Made by a program: the position numbers and the translations under genes
Shown here: one piece after another, positions 10,318 to 19,385 of the stretch
How the letters are laid out: each line of letters opens with the position of its first letter
Numbering within the stretch: position 1 is the first letter of the stretch
The notes under the pieces: model-generated
Seen by the model: only the letters and a program-made list of their open reading frames with translations
What the model was told of the DNA's origin: nothing
Databases searched by the model: none
Source of the DNA: Candidatus Multivoradales bacterium
Lineage (GTDB): Bacteria; Acidobacteriota; Thermoanaerobaculia; Multivoradales; J023
Direction of reading: 5' to 3'
Length of the DNA: 64,000 nt
NCBI GenBank assembly: GCA_965248925.1
Contig: CBDFLE010000004.1
Span: 96,001 to 160,000 of the forward strand

Positions 10318-11250
10318 TTAGGTGAGTTCCGGCACCGCTTGTAACCAACCGTGAGGGTCGGCGGCGCGGCCGGATACGAGATCGAAGAAGGCGGCTTGTA
10401 GACGCTGGGTGATCGGCCCCGGACGGCCGCTGCCGATGGACTGGCGGTCCACCGAGCGGACCGGGGTGATCTCAGAAGCGGTACCGGTGAGGAAAATCTC
10501 GTCGGCTAGGTAGAGTTGTTCCCGCGGTAGACTCGCCTGGCGGAGCGGGAGGTCGAGATCGGCGGCTAGCTGAAGCACCGTGTCGCGGGTGATGCCTTCG
10601 AGAATCGAGTCCACCGTCGGTGGGGTGATCAGCTCACCACGTTGCACCAGAAACAGATTCTGTCCCGCCCCTTCGGCTACCCGACCGTGATCGTCGAGCA
10701 TGATCGCTTCGGTAAAGCCGTTCGCTTTGGCCTCCACCGAAGCGAGCTGATTGTTGATGTATTGGCCGCCGATCTTGCCCAGAGGCATCAGCGAGTTGGC
10801 CGAGATCCGGCGCCACGAGCTGACCCCGACATCGACCCCTTTGGCCAGCGCCTCGGCGCCGAGATAGCTGCCCCAGGGGAAGCAGAAGATCGACAACTCG
10901 GCCGGCGATTGCGAAGGGTTGAGGCCGATGGCACCGCTGCCGCGGTAGGCCAGCGGTCGGATATAGCACTCTTTTTGCCGATTGCGGGCCACTAGCTCGA
11001 GGCAGAGTTTGGCGATCTGCTCGGCTTGGATTCCCAGGTCCATCCCCAGCAGCTTGGCCGAGCGCAGCAAGCGCTCGACGTGGGGGCGGAGGCGGAAGAT
11101 CGCCGGTCCCGAGCGGGTGTCGTAGCAGCGTATCCCCTCGAAGACACTGGAGCCGTAGTGCAGCGCGTGGGTGGTGATGTGGACGCTGGCGTCCTGCCAA
11201 CGGCACCACTCGCCGTGGTGCCAAATCCAGTCTGTTGCTTCGATGGCCAT
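10318..11250 (-). CDS. ilvE: Branched-chain amino acid aminotransferase
   Basis: Motifs HALHYGSSVFEGIRCY, KIGGQY, EGAGQNLF, ILEGITRDTV and FLTGTASEITPV. Confidence 0.96.
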   Translation of the reverse strand: MAIEATDWIWHHGEWCRWQDASVHITTHALHYGSSVFEGIRCYDTRSGPAIFRLRPHVERLLRSAKLLGMDLGIQAEQIAKLCLELVARNRQKECYIRPLAYRGSGAIGLNPSQSPAELSIFCFPWGSYLGAEALAKGVDVGVSSWRRISANSLMPLGKIGGQYINNQLASVEAKANGFTEAIMLDDHGRVAEGAGQNLFLVQRGELITPPTVDSILEGITRDTVLQLAADLDLPLRQASLPREQLYLADEIFLTGTASEITPVRSVDRQSIGSGRPGPITQRLQAAFFDLVSGRAADPHGWLQAVPELT

Positions 11251-11293
11251 CGCCTGGTCTTCTTACGCTATGCCGCTTTCAAGATAGTCACGT

Positions 11294-11329
11294 AAAAACC
11301 CCCCGGTGTCGGTGTCGGTGCCGGGGGTT
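11294..11329 (-). terminator. Attenuator terminator hairpin upstream of ilvE-leuACDB
   Basis: Minus strand reads AACCCCCGG-caccgacaccgaca-CCGGGGGG-TTTTT, about 45 nt before the ilvE start. Confidence 0.85.
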
Positions 11330-11357
11330 GGGTGAGTTCGCTGTTCTACGAACCTAC

Positions 11358-11450
11358 CTAGACCCCGCTGTCGCCAAGGGTGAGGAGCAGCAAGCACGGC
11401 AACAGACCGCCAGAGGTCGACCGACCTTGGGTAGCGGGCAGGTTTTGCAT
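11358..11450 (-). CDS. Leu-rich leader peptide of the ilvE-leu operon (start 11450 or 11483)
   Basis: MQNLPATQGRSTSGGLLPCLLLLTLGDSGV* has 7 Leu in 10 codons shortly before the stop, followed by antiterminator and terminator hairpins. Confidence 0.8.
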   Translation of the reverse strand: MQNLPATQGRSTSGGLLPCLLLLTLGDSGV

Positions 11451-11600
11451 CAAGCTGTGGGACTGGGGGTTCGAGTAACTCATCGCGTACTGGCCTACTG
11501 CTGGCTCGGCTAGGCGCTTCGCCGAGGCCTGCCGCGGCAATATACGCGCCGCTTTGGCTGGGGTCAAGAACGAAGCTGCCAGCAACCGGCGGTTTGGACG

Positions 11601-12482
11601 CTATTTCCCGCGCCGCACCCTCCGCCCCGGAGCTGGCTTTCTGGTGTCTCTTATCGTGGTGGTTTTCATCTTAGTGACTTTTCTTGGCGTAGTTTTTCTT
11701 GCCGCAGTCTTCTTTGTTGGCGCTTTCTTGTGCGGTTTCTTCCCAACCTTTGCCGGCGCCGTGCCCATCTCGAGGTCGATACCGAAGACCGACGATAGCT
11801 GGTCGTCGGCGAGCACTCGCGCTGAGCGGGACTTGCGTGGGATGGGCGATGAAGCAGCGGCGGCCTCGACCAATTCAAGAGGATCGAGGCCGCGCAGGGT
11901 GAACAACAGCTCCGGTTGCTGGTCGAGTCGGGCACCGATGCCGTAGAGGGTCGCCGCGACGTGCTTGCATAGGGTGGCCCAATCGGGACAGGTACAGTTT
12001 AGAGAGATCTCCCGTGGGGCTGGAAAGAGTCCGGACTTCGGGTTGGTGGCGATTGCCATGACGCTCTTGGAGAGGGCGCCTTGCAGGAGCTCGACCAACG
12101 AGCCGATCTGGCCCGCGCAGCAGCGCTTGACCGTCGTCCAGCGCCGCTTGGCCAGTGGCTTGATGGCGATGCTCACCTGGTAGATCTCCGAGCCGCTGAC
12201 CAAGGCCCGCACCTGCCCGGCCTCGATCTGCAAGTCGATCACCGATCCATTGCGGACGTAAGTGCGACCGCGGGGCAGGCGATTGGTGTAGTCACTGTAG
12301 CTTTCGAGGTTCTTGCACCAGGCGCTGCCCCAGAAAGTGGTGGCGATTTTCCGGCCAGCTACTTCGACCGGTTCGACCTGCTGCCCGGACTTCCTCATCT
12401 TGGCGACTTTTTTGGCCGCTCGGCGGCGGCGTTCGGCCACCGGTATGTAGCGTGGCCATCTGCTGTCGGAATACCTGGCCAT
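11601..12482 (-). CDS. SWIM zinc-finger protein with Lys/Arg-rich tail
   Basis: CTCPDWATLCKH (SWIM CxC..CxH) and RLPRGRTYVRNGSV. Lies directly downstream of the SNF2 gene. Confidence 0.9.
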   Translation of the reverse strand: MARYSDSRWPRYIPVAERRRRAAKKVAKMRKSGQQVEPVEVAGRKIATTFWGSAWCKNLESYSDYTNRLPRGRTYVRNGSVIDLQIEAGQVRALVSGSEIYQVSIAIKPLAKRRWTTVKRCCAGQIGSLVELLQGALSKSVMAIATNPKSGLFPAPREISLNCTCPDWATLCKHVAATLYGIGARLDQQPELLFTLRGLDPLELVEAAAASSPIPRKSRSARVLADDQLSSVFGIDLEMGTAPAKVGKKPHKKAPTKKTAARKTTPRKVTKMKTTTIRDTRKPAPGRRVRRGK

Positions 12483-12512
12483 TGATCTGCTCCTCAGTCT
12501 CTTATCCTTGTT

Positions 12513-15338
12513 CTAGGTCTCTAGCGAGCGGCTAAGGTCGAGAGAGACTAGCGCCAGCAACTCGTCATTGCTCATCTCGGTCAGCGTCGAGGTGGCTTCA
12601 CTGGAGAGGATCTCATCAGAAATTCGCTGCTTGCTGGTGATCAGCCGGTCGATGCGTTCTTCGATAGTGCCGCGGCAGACGAATTTGTGCACCAATACGT
12701 TGTTCTTCTGGCCGATGCGGAAGGCGCGGTCGGTGGCCTGGTTCTCCACCGCCGGATTCCACCACCGATCGAAGTGGATCACATGCGAGGCGGCAGTCAA
12801 ATTGAGTCCAGTGCCCCCGGCCTTTAGCGATAGCACCATGAAGGGTATGCGCTCGTCGGTCTGAAAGCTCTGCACCAGTCGCTGCCGCTTTTTGACTGCC
12901 GTACCGCCGTGCAGGAGCAGGCCCCTGTGGCCGAAGATGTCGCTCAGATGGCTTACCAACGGCTCGGTCATTTGGCGAAATTGGGTGAATACCAACACCT
13001 TGTCCTGGCGGGCGGCAAGCGGTTCGCAAATCTCCCGCAAGCGCAGCATCTTGCCACTGTCGGTGGGCTCGTATCTGTCGTCGCCGAGCCACTGCGACGG
13101 GTGATTGCAGATCTGCTTGAGACGCATCAAGAAAGCCAGAACGACTCCCCGCCGTTCGATCCCATCGAGTTCCTCAAGGGCTCTGGCCAACTCACCGACG
13201 CTCTGTTGGTAGAGCGCCGCCTGGTGCTTGCTCAGCAGGCAGTAGGCATTGACCTCGGTCTTCTCGGGCAGATCGGAGATGACGCTCTTGTCGGTCTTCA
13301 GCCGGCGCAGAATGTAGGGCCCTAGCAGCCGGCGCAGGGGCGCATAGCCGAACTCGCTCGAGGCCATCGATTTGCTCAGCTGGCGGAATGCTTTCGCGGA
13401 GCCTAGTAACCCCGGGTTCAAGAAGTCGAAAATAGACCACAGGTCGCCAAGTCGGTTCTCAACCGGGGTGCCGGTCAGTGCCAGACGCCAGCTGGCACTC
13501 AGCTGCTTGATCGCCCGGGTCTGCTTGGCGGCGGGGTTCTTGATCGCTTGCGCCTCGTCGAGGATCACGTCGCGCCAGTGGTGGGACTTCATCCACTCGC
13601 TGCGCAGGACGGTGCCGTAGGTGGTGATCACCGCATCGTAGGGTTCGACTTTCTTCGCTGACAGCTTTTTCAGCTCTTGCGGGCTGAGTTGTGAGGGGTG
13701 GGCCAGCAGTATCTTCAGCTGGGGGGCAAAACGCTCAATCTCCAAACGCCAGTTGTCGAGCAGAGAAGCGGGCACCACCAGCAGGTCGGTGCCGGTCTCC
13801 TTTTTGCGCTGGCTGATCGACAGCACGGCCAGCACCTGGACGGTTTTTCCCAGACCCATGTCGTCCGCCAGGCAACCGCCGAGTTGTAGGCTGCGCAGGG
13901 TGGCGAGCCATTGCGCACCGAGTTTCTGGTAGGGCCGCAGCTCGGCTCGCAAGCCGGCGTTGGCTTCGATCTCGGCGTGCAGCTCGGGTGAGCGCAGCTG
14001 GTCGAGTCGGGAAGAGAGCCACTTGCCGGCGATCACCTCGGACCATTGCGGCCGGTCGTCTTCGAGATCTTCCACGCTACCACGGTCGAGTTCGGCGCCA
14101 GCCAGTAAGCGCATGGTCTCGGCGAAGCTGACCTCACCCGCTGCTGCCTGCCGCTGTACTTTGAGCCAATGGTCGAGAACCTCCGTGAGTTTTTCCTGAT
14201 CGACCTCGACCCACTGCCCTTTGATCAGTACCAGGCCGGCACTGGCCGCCAGCAGCTGCTCAATCTCCCGCGGCGACAGCTGCTGCCCATCGAGGGTCAG
14301 CTGAACATCGAAATCCAGCAGCGCCGCCATTCCCAAGGCGGATGGTACCTCGCTACCGACGGTGACCGAGACCGCGGGGCGCGGACGCTTTCTCTTCTTC
14401 CACCAATCGGGCAGCCGTACCACCAGTCCGGCCTGCTCGTAGTCCGCTACCTGGCAGAGGAAGCGGTAGGCCTCGTCCGGGCTCCAGGACAGGGGGTGAT
14501 AGATGTCGCCGGAGTCCACTAGCCGGCGCAGCAGCTCGCTGTGCTCGGCCGCCCGTGAGAGGGGCGAGAGCAGGGCCAACAAGCGCTGGCGATTCCTTGT
14601 TCCAGCGTATTCCTTCAGTGCTCGGCCGAGGGGTATGTGTTGAGGTTTGGCCTGCTGTGAAACGCGGTGAACGTAGGTGGCGATGAAAGCGAAGGGGAAG
14701 GATGGGTCGCGCCGATTTTCCGCCAGATGCAGGCACACGCGACCGACCACGTTCCACACCGAATTCTGTTCTCTGAGGTAGTCCTGGACCCCCTTCGGGT
14801 GCTTGGCGACCTCACAGATCAGAGCCTTGCCAATGTCGGTCCACAACTCACCCAACAGGGTGGCGGTGATGAGTTCGGCGCCGGGCATGGGAGGAGCTGA
14901 TCGAGCAAGAGTCTCAAACTCGTCGAGGGGAGGATCGGGGAGGATCAAGGCTTGCGGCTCGGTTGGGTCGAGGCCGCCGCAGAGTCGCGCCACAAAGGAC
15001 TGTCCGAGGTCACGCCAGTAGGCGACTGTCGGGTGCAGCGTAGTGCCCGCCTCGCGCGTTCCAAGATGCAGCACACCGAGCCCACGGTCAATTTCGAAGG
15101 CGGCGAGGATGGGTCGCGTTGCTGACACCGACAAGGGCGACCCGTCGACTGACGAACTCAGCTGGAGATCGATGCGACCGGTCGGCGTCAAGCGCCCCAC
15201 CAGCACAGGGCTGTGTTCTGCGGTCAATGGTCGTCGGGCAGATTTCGAGGCACTCTGAGTGGAGGTTTGGGGCACGGGCAATAGAGTAGCCGATGGACCC
15301 TCCTCAGCCCCAACAGAAACAACTGGTGACCGGTGCAT
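12513..15338 (-). CDS. SNF2-family helicase/ATPase
   Basis: Motifs LADDMGLGKT, LDEAQAIKN, ALTGTPVENRL, SLKAGGTGLNLT and DRWWNPAVENQATDRAFRIGQ. The true start may be downstream. Confidence 0.95.
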   Translation of the reverse strand: MHRSPVVSVGAEEGPSATLLPVPQTSTQSASKSARRPLTAEHSPVLVGRLTPTGRIDLQLSSSVDGSPLSVSATRPILAAFEIDRGLGVLHLGTREAGTTLHPTVAYWRDLGQSFVARLCGGLDPTEPQALILPDPPLDEFETLARSAPPMPGAELITATLLGELWTDIGKALICEVAKHPKGVQDYLREQNSVWNVVGRVCLHLAENRRDPSFPFAFIATYVHRVSQQAKPQHIPLGRALKEYAGTRNRQRLLALLSPLSRAAEHSELLRRLVDSGDIYHPLSWSPDEAYRFLCQVADYEQAGLVVRLPDWWKKRKRPRPAVSVTVGSEVPSALGMAALLDFDVQLTLDGQQLSPREIEQLLAASAGLVLIKGQWVEVDQEKLTEVLDHWLKVQRQAAAGEVSFAETMRLLAGAELDRGSVEDLEDDRPQWSEVIAGKWLSSRLDQLRSPELHAEIEANAGLRAELRPYQKLGAQWLATLRSLQLGGCLADDMGLGKTVQVLAVLSISQRKKETGTDLLVVPASLLDNWRLEIERFAPQLKILLAHPSQLSPQELKKLSAKKVEPYDAVITTYGTVLRSEWMKSHHWRDVILDEAQAIKNPAAKQTRAIKQLSASWRLALTGTPVENRLGDLWSIFDFLNPGLLGSAKAFRQLSKSMASSEFGYAPLRRLLGPYILRRLKTDKSVISDLPEKTEVNAYCLLSKHQAALYQQSVGELARALEELDGIERRGVVLAFLMRLKQICNHPSQWLGDDRYEPTDSGKMLRLREICEPLAARQDKVLVFTQFRQMTEPLVSHLSDIFGHRGLLLHGGTAVKKRQRLVQSFQTDERIPFMVLSLKAGGTGLNLTAASHVIHFDRWWNPAVENQATDRAFRIGQKNNVLVHKFVCRGTIEERIDRLITSKQRISDEILSSEATSTLTEMSNDELLALVSLDLSRSLET

Positions 15339-15498
15339 AGTCGGTTTCGCTGGCTGGCAACTATTTGTAAGTAGCGTACTTCAATGATCTGCCAGCGGGC
15401 AGGTCAACCAGCTTCTTGACCCCTGTGGGTTGCCCTACACCCTGGTCGGATCCTACAGCTTCAGGAGCTGAGCGGAACCGGAACGCCACACCGCAAAC

Positions 15499-15525
15499 CA
15501 ACCAAATGCCTATCGCTGGCGTCTC
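15499..15525 (+). promoter_or_regulatory. Possible ECF-sigma promoter of the ADOP permease
   Basis: AAC(15500-15502)-N17-CGTC(15520-15523), about 40 nt before an ATG with an AGGAG RBS. Confidence 0.35.
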
Positions 15526-15561
15526 ACTGGCAAGACTTCGAAACCTGGGTCAGGAGACATC

Positions 15562-18021
15562 ATGGGCCCTAGCGAAATCAAGCACCTTCTGCGGCGTTTA
15601 GTGCGGCGTCCAGGCTTCACCGCCGCCGCCGTCTTGACCTCGGCCTTGGGCATCGGCGCTACGGTAGCGATATTCAGTGTGGTCTACGGTGTGCTGATCC
15701 GCCCGCTGCCTTACCCCGAGGCCGATCGCCTGGTCGGCCTGTGGCACGACGCGCCAGGGATGGGCATCTACAAGTTCAATCAAGGCTACGGTAGCTACAC
15801 CCTTTATCGGGAGCGCGCGCAAACCCTCGAGGACGTCGCCCTGTACGACGTTCAGTCCTTTAGCCTCGCAGGAGCCGGGGAGCCTGAGCGGTTGGTTGGC
15901 TCGCGGGTGACCGCCTCTTTCTTCTCGGTACTTGACAGCGCGCCGATCCTCGGCCGCACCTTTAGTGCTGAGGAGGATCGGCCGGGGGGACCGGACGTGC
16001 TGCTGTTGAGCCATGGCTTCTGGCAACGCCGTTTCGATAGCTCGGCGACGGCTATCGGCGCGGTGGTGCAGATCGACGGCAAGCCTTGGGAAGTGATCGG
16101 GGTGATGCCCGAAGGCTTCGCTTTCCCCGACGAGGAGATCGAGCTTTGGGTACCCCATCCGATTGCTGCTGAAGAACTCAGCGAAGTCAACTTCAGCTTT
16201 AACGCCGTGGCCCGCTTGCGGCCGGGCGCGACCGCCGAGCAAGCCACTGCCGAACTCAGTGCGCTGCTGCTCGAGCTGCCGACGGCTTATCCAGGGGTGC
16301 TGAACATAGAGATGCTTGAGCAGAGCGGCATGACGGCTTTCGCCAACCGGTTGCGCGACGACCAAGTGGGCGATGTGCGTCGGCTGCTTTGGGTGTTGCT
16401 CGGCGGGGTCGGCTTCCTGCTACTGATCGCTTGTACCAATGTCGCCAATCTGTTGCTGGTGCGTAGCGAGGGGCGCCAGCGGGAGTTGGCGGTACGCGCT
16501 GCATTGGGTGCCAGCCGAGCTCGTCTAGCCGGCGACCTGGTTGCCGAGAGTGTGGTGCTAGCGGCTCTGGGAGGCACCCTGGGCATCGGCTTGGCGCGAC
16601 TCGGTCTCGCTGCTCTGGCTGGGCTCGATCCGGGCAACTTGCCGCGAATTGCAGCGATTCGAATCGATGCTCCTGTGCTGCTCTTCGCCGCCGCCATTTC
16701 GCTGCTTGCCGGGCTGGTCTTTGGCATTCTGCCGTCGTGGAGACTGCGCCACCGGGTGTTCGGTATGGCCTTGGCGGAGAGCGGCCGTGGGGGCAGCACC
16801 GGGCGCAGTAGCCAACGGATGCGCAGCCTGCTGGTGATCGCACAGATGGCTCTCGCTCTGGTTTTGCTCTTTGGCTCGGCGCTGATGTTGCGCACTTTTC
16901 AGGCCCTGCGCGAGGTCGATCCAGGTTTTGATCGGCAGACCATCCTGACCCTTCGCCTCACCCTGCACGGCGAGCGCTACGCTGACGCTGAACAGCGGGC
17001 TCGTTTCTGGACTCACCTCGCCGACCAGGCGCGGGACTTGCCCGGCGTCGAGGCGGTGGCCGCGGTGTACAACTTGCCGCTCACTGATGGCGACACCAAT
17101 CCTGGCTACATCATCGAAGACTTTCCGCCGCAAGCCGAGGATCCGCCGCTGGTGGCGCTGCAGAATTTCGTCACTGGCGACTACTTCCAGACCCTCGGTA
17201 TTCCGCTCCTAATCGGCCGCGGTATCGAGCGTCATGACATCGAAGAGCGGACGCCGTCGGTGGTGGTGAGCGCGGCCTTTGCACGCCGGATCTGGGGTGA
17301 TACCAGCGTCATTGGCAAGCGTCTCAAGCGCGGACTGCCGAGCGATCAGCGGGCACCGTGGTACGAGGTCGTCGGGGTTGCTGGCGACGTGCGCGACGAC
17401 TCTCTCACCAGCGATCCGGCAGAGATGGTCTACTTTCCGCTGCTCGCCCAACCGGAGGACGAGAGTGGTTGGACACCGTCGGTGATGAGCCTGGCGGTGG
17501 CGAGCAGCAGTGGCGATCCACTGAGCCTGGCGCCGGCCCTGCGTCAATTGGTGCGGCGTCTCGATGCCGAACTGCCGATTGTCCGCATGCGCACCACCGC
17601 CGAGATCGCCAGGCAATCGATGGTTCGCACCACTTTCACCATGACCCTGTTGCTCATCGCCTCGCTGGTGGCGATTATTCTTGGCAGTATCGGCATCTAC
17701 GGCGTGCTCGCGCAGAGCGTTGCCCAACGCACTCTCGAGATCGGTATTCGCCTGGCCCTAGGTGCCGATGGCGGCAAGGTGCGGAGCATGCTGGTCGGCC
17801 AGGGCTTACGCTTGGCCGCTATCGGTATCGGAGTGGGTTGGTTGGGTGCGGTGGTGGTCGGCCGACTGTTGGGGGCGCTGTTGTTCGGAGTTTCAACCAG
17901 CGATCCTTCGAGTTTTGTCGCTGTCGCTCTGCTGTTGGGGTTGGTGGCTGCCATCGCTTCGCTGGTGCCGGCGCAGCGCGCCGCCCGCCTGGCCCCCAGC
18001 GAAGCACTACGCCATCAGTAG
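15562..18021 (+). CDS. ABC transporter permease, duplicated MacB/FtsX-type (ADOP-like orphan permease)
   Basis: Motifs PGFTAAAVLTSALGIGATVAIFSVV, LLIACTNVANLLL, RELAVRAALGASR and EIGIRLALGA. Two permease halves and no adjacent ATPase. Confidence 0.92.
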   Translation: MGPSEIKHLLRRLVRRPGFTAAAVLTSALGIGATVAIFSVVYGVLIRPLPYPEADRLVGLWHDAPGMGIYKFNQGYGSYTLYRERAQTLEDVALYDVQSFSLAGAGEPERLVGSRVTASFFSVLDSAPILGRTFSAEEDRPGGPDVLLLSHGFWQRRFDSSATAIGAVVQIDGKPWEVIGVMPEGFAFPDEEIELWVPHPIAAEELSEVNFSFNAVARLRPGATAEQATAELSALLLELPTAYPGVLNIEMLEQSGMTAFANRLRDDQVGDVRRLLWVLLGGVGFLLLIACTNVANLLLVRSEGRQRELAVRAALGASRARLAGDLVAESVVLAALGGTLGIGLARLGLAALAGLDPGNLPRIAAIRIDAPVLLFAAAISLLAGLVFGILPSWRLRHRVFGMALAESGRGGSTGRSSQRMRSLLVIAQMALALVLLFGSALMLRTFQALREVDPGFDRQTILTLRLTLHGERYADAEQRARFWTHLADQARDLPGVEAVAAVYNLPLTDGDTNPGYIIEDFPPQAEDPPLVALQNFVTGDYFQTLGIPLLIGRGIERHDIEERTPSVVVSAAFARRIWGDTSVIGKRLKRGLPSDQRAPWYEVVGVAGDVRDDSLTSDPAEMVYFPLLAQPEDESGWTPSVMSLAVASSSGDPLSLAPALRQLVRRLDAELPIVRMRTTAEIARQSMVRTTFTMTLLLIASLVAIILGSIGIYGVLAQSVAQRTLEIGIRLALGADGGKVRSMLVGQGLRLAAIGIGVGWLGAVVVGRLLGALLFGVSTSDPSSFVAVALLLGLVAAIASLVPAQRAARLAPSEALRHQ

Positions 18022-18040
18022 AGAGAGCGAGGCCAGCGAG

Positions 18041-18562
18041 CTAATTCGACTTGGAGCCCGACCAGCCGCCCAAATCGCCGTTTTCAAAACCGTCGGCGAA
18101 GAGGATGTCGCCGAGAATGGCCAGGTCGTTGTCGCTGACATCCAGGTAGTCCATGCCCGAGTTGTCCTGGCGAACGCGGAGCCGGATCAGGGCGGAGGGA
18201 TCGGCCGGCACCGTCCACTCGAAGGTGTGCTGGCTGCCAGAGGTCGGATCTCCCGGTGGCAGGTCGGTGGCGATCGGAATCCACGGCCCGTTGGCACCGC
18301 TGGTGGAATACCACACGTCCCAGTTCTGCAGATCGTGCTGCACCTGGATCTCCCAGTTGACGCTGACCTCCTCGCCGGCCATCAGCACCTCGCCGCCATT
18401 GGGGCCGACCAGATTGATGTGCGCCGCCAGGGGTGTGGCGGCGGCGAGACAGCAGGCAAGAATCCACCCCCAGGGATGGTGGGCGCGGCGGCTGGGTGAC
18501 TTGTCGCTAGCGATCGGGGGGGTGTCGCGAACAGCGTGGCAAGTTTCGAGGCTAGGGCGCAT
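18041..18562 (-). CDS. Small secreted single beta-sandwich protein with C-terminal LFADGFENGD..W motif
   Basis: AGGAG RBS, hydrophobic stretch ending PLAA, a PNGGE..GE.V.V.W Ig-like domain, and terminal ILFADGFENGDLGGWSGSKSN. Confidence 0.75.
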   Translation of the reverse strand: MRPSLETCHAVRDTPPIASDKSPSRRAHHPWGWILACCLAAATPLAAHINLVGPNGGEVLMAGEEVSVNWEIQVQHDLQNWDVWYSTSGANGPWIPIATDLPPGDPTSGSQHTFEWTVPADPSALIRLRVRQDNSGMDYLDVSDNDLAILGDILFADGFENGDLGGWSGSKSN

Positions 18563-18782
18563 GGGAACTCCTGAATGGCAATGTTGGAATATTGCTATTG
18601 ATCAACTTATATTCTCTCAACCTACGCTTGCAAATCAAGACATCGGACTTGGCCAATTCGAATTCGCGGCTGCGATCTGTTGCAGTGGAAGGGCTTATTA
18701 GACCTTCTGAGGTTGGGATAAGGGCTCGGCACAAGCTTGAAGTCCGCTACCGAGGCTGACTCACCTTGTCCGGGTCGCCCCA

Positions 18783-19080
18783 ATCGGGAAGTCGGGGGCC
18801 CACGCCCCCCCCCCCTCCCTACTTCCCACACCACCGTGCGTACGGTTCCGTGCACGGCGGTTCAAGTTCGACAGTTCAGCCTTCGATGTTCTTGAATGAG
18901 GCTGACGAGTCCGAGCTGTGGGAGCCATCGCGTGGGCACGGCGCGATGCATGTGGGGAGTCCTGGCATTCCACCAGGGGCCCCGACAGTTGTAGGACGTG
19001 ATGCGGGCCTGGTCACGGGGCAGGCCCCGCTTCCTCAGCTCCTTGGCTCGGATCCGTGGCTTCTCCCACTGGCGCCGCCG
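18783..19080 (-). mobile_element. 5'-truncated class C group II intron remnant (maturase C-terminus, domains V and VI)
   Basis: Minus strand encodes RRQWEKPRIRAKELRKRGL...SYNCRGPWWNARTPHMHRAVP..WLPQLGLVSL...CRT* (stop 18862-18864). It runs into DV GAACCGCCGTGCACGGAACCGTACGCACGGTGGTGTG and a DVI hairpin ending CCCGAT. Confidence 0.9.
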
Positions 19081-19385
19081 AATTGGGGGGCTTCAGCGCT
19101 CGGGCATGTGCCTCACATCTGGAGCGCGGCTTCCCCAGGGTCACGGCCATTGAGAGCGTAGACTTGGTTGATCGTGCAAGACAATCCAGGTGCAGGATCG
19201 AGAGCACCGAGCAAGATCAGGACAATGGACCACTGGGCTGAATGCGACATGGCAGGGTCTCCTGGAGTGAGTTACTGTTGGGGGCGACTTCATGCTATTA
19301 AAGCATTTCTGATTGGCGATGCGGTCTTCTATATCGGCTTTCTGAGTGTCGCTCAACCCGGATCGCCAGCTGATAGGATCGCCGC

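Noticed and set aside
18670-18782. Possible integron attC site next to the IIC intron remnant (TCTAATAAGCCCTTCCACTG on minus strand)
   Set aside because: No matching GTTRRRY end or extended dyad symmetry, and no integrase or cassette array.
18783-19080. Retron, DGR or other RT-based system
   Set aside because: No RT catalytic domain is present. The sequence is explained as a group II intron 3' end, and I saw no TR/VR pair differing only at adenines.
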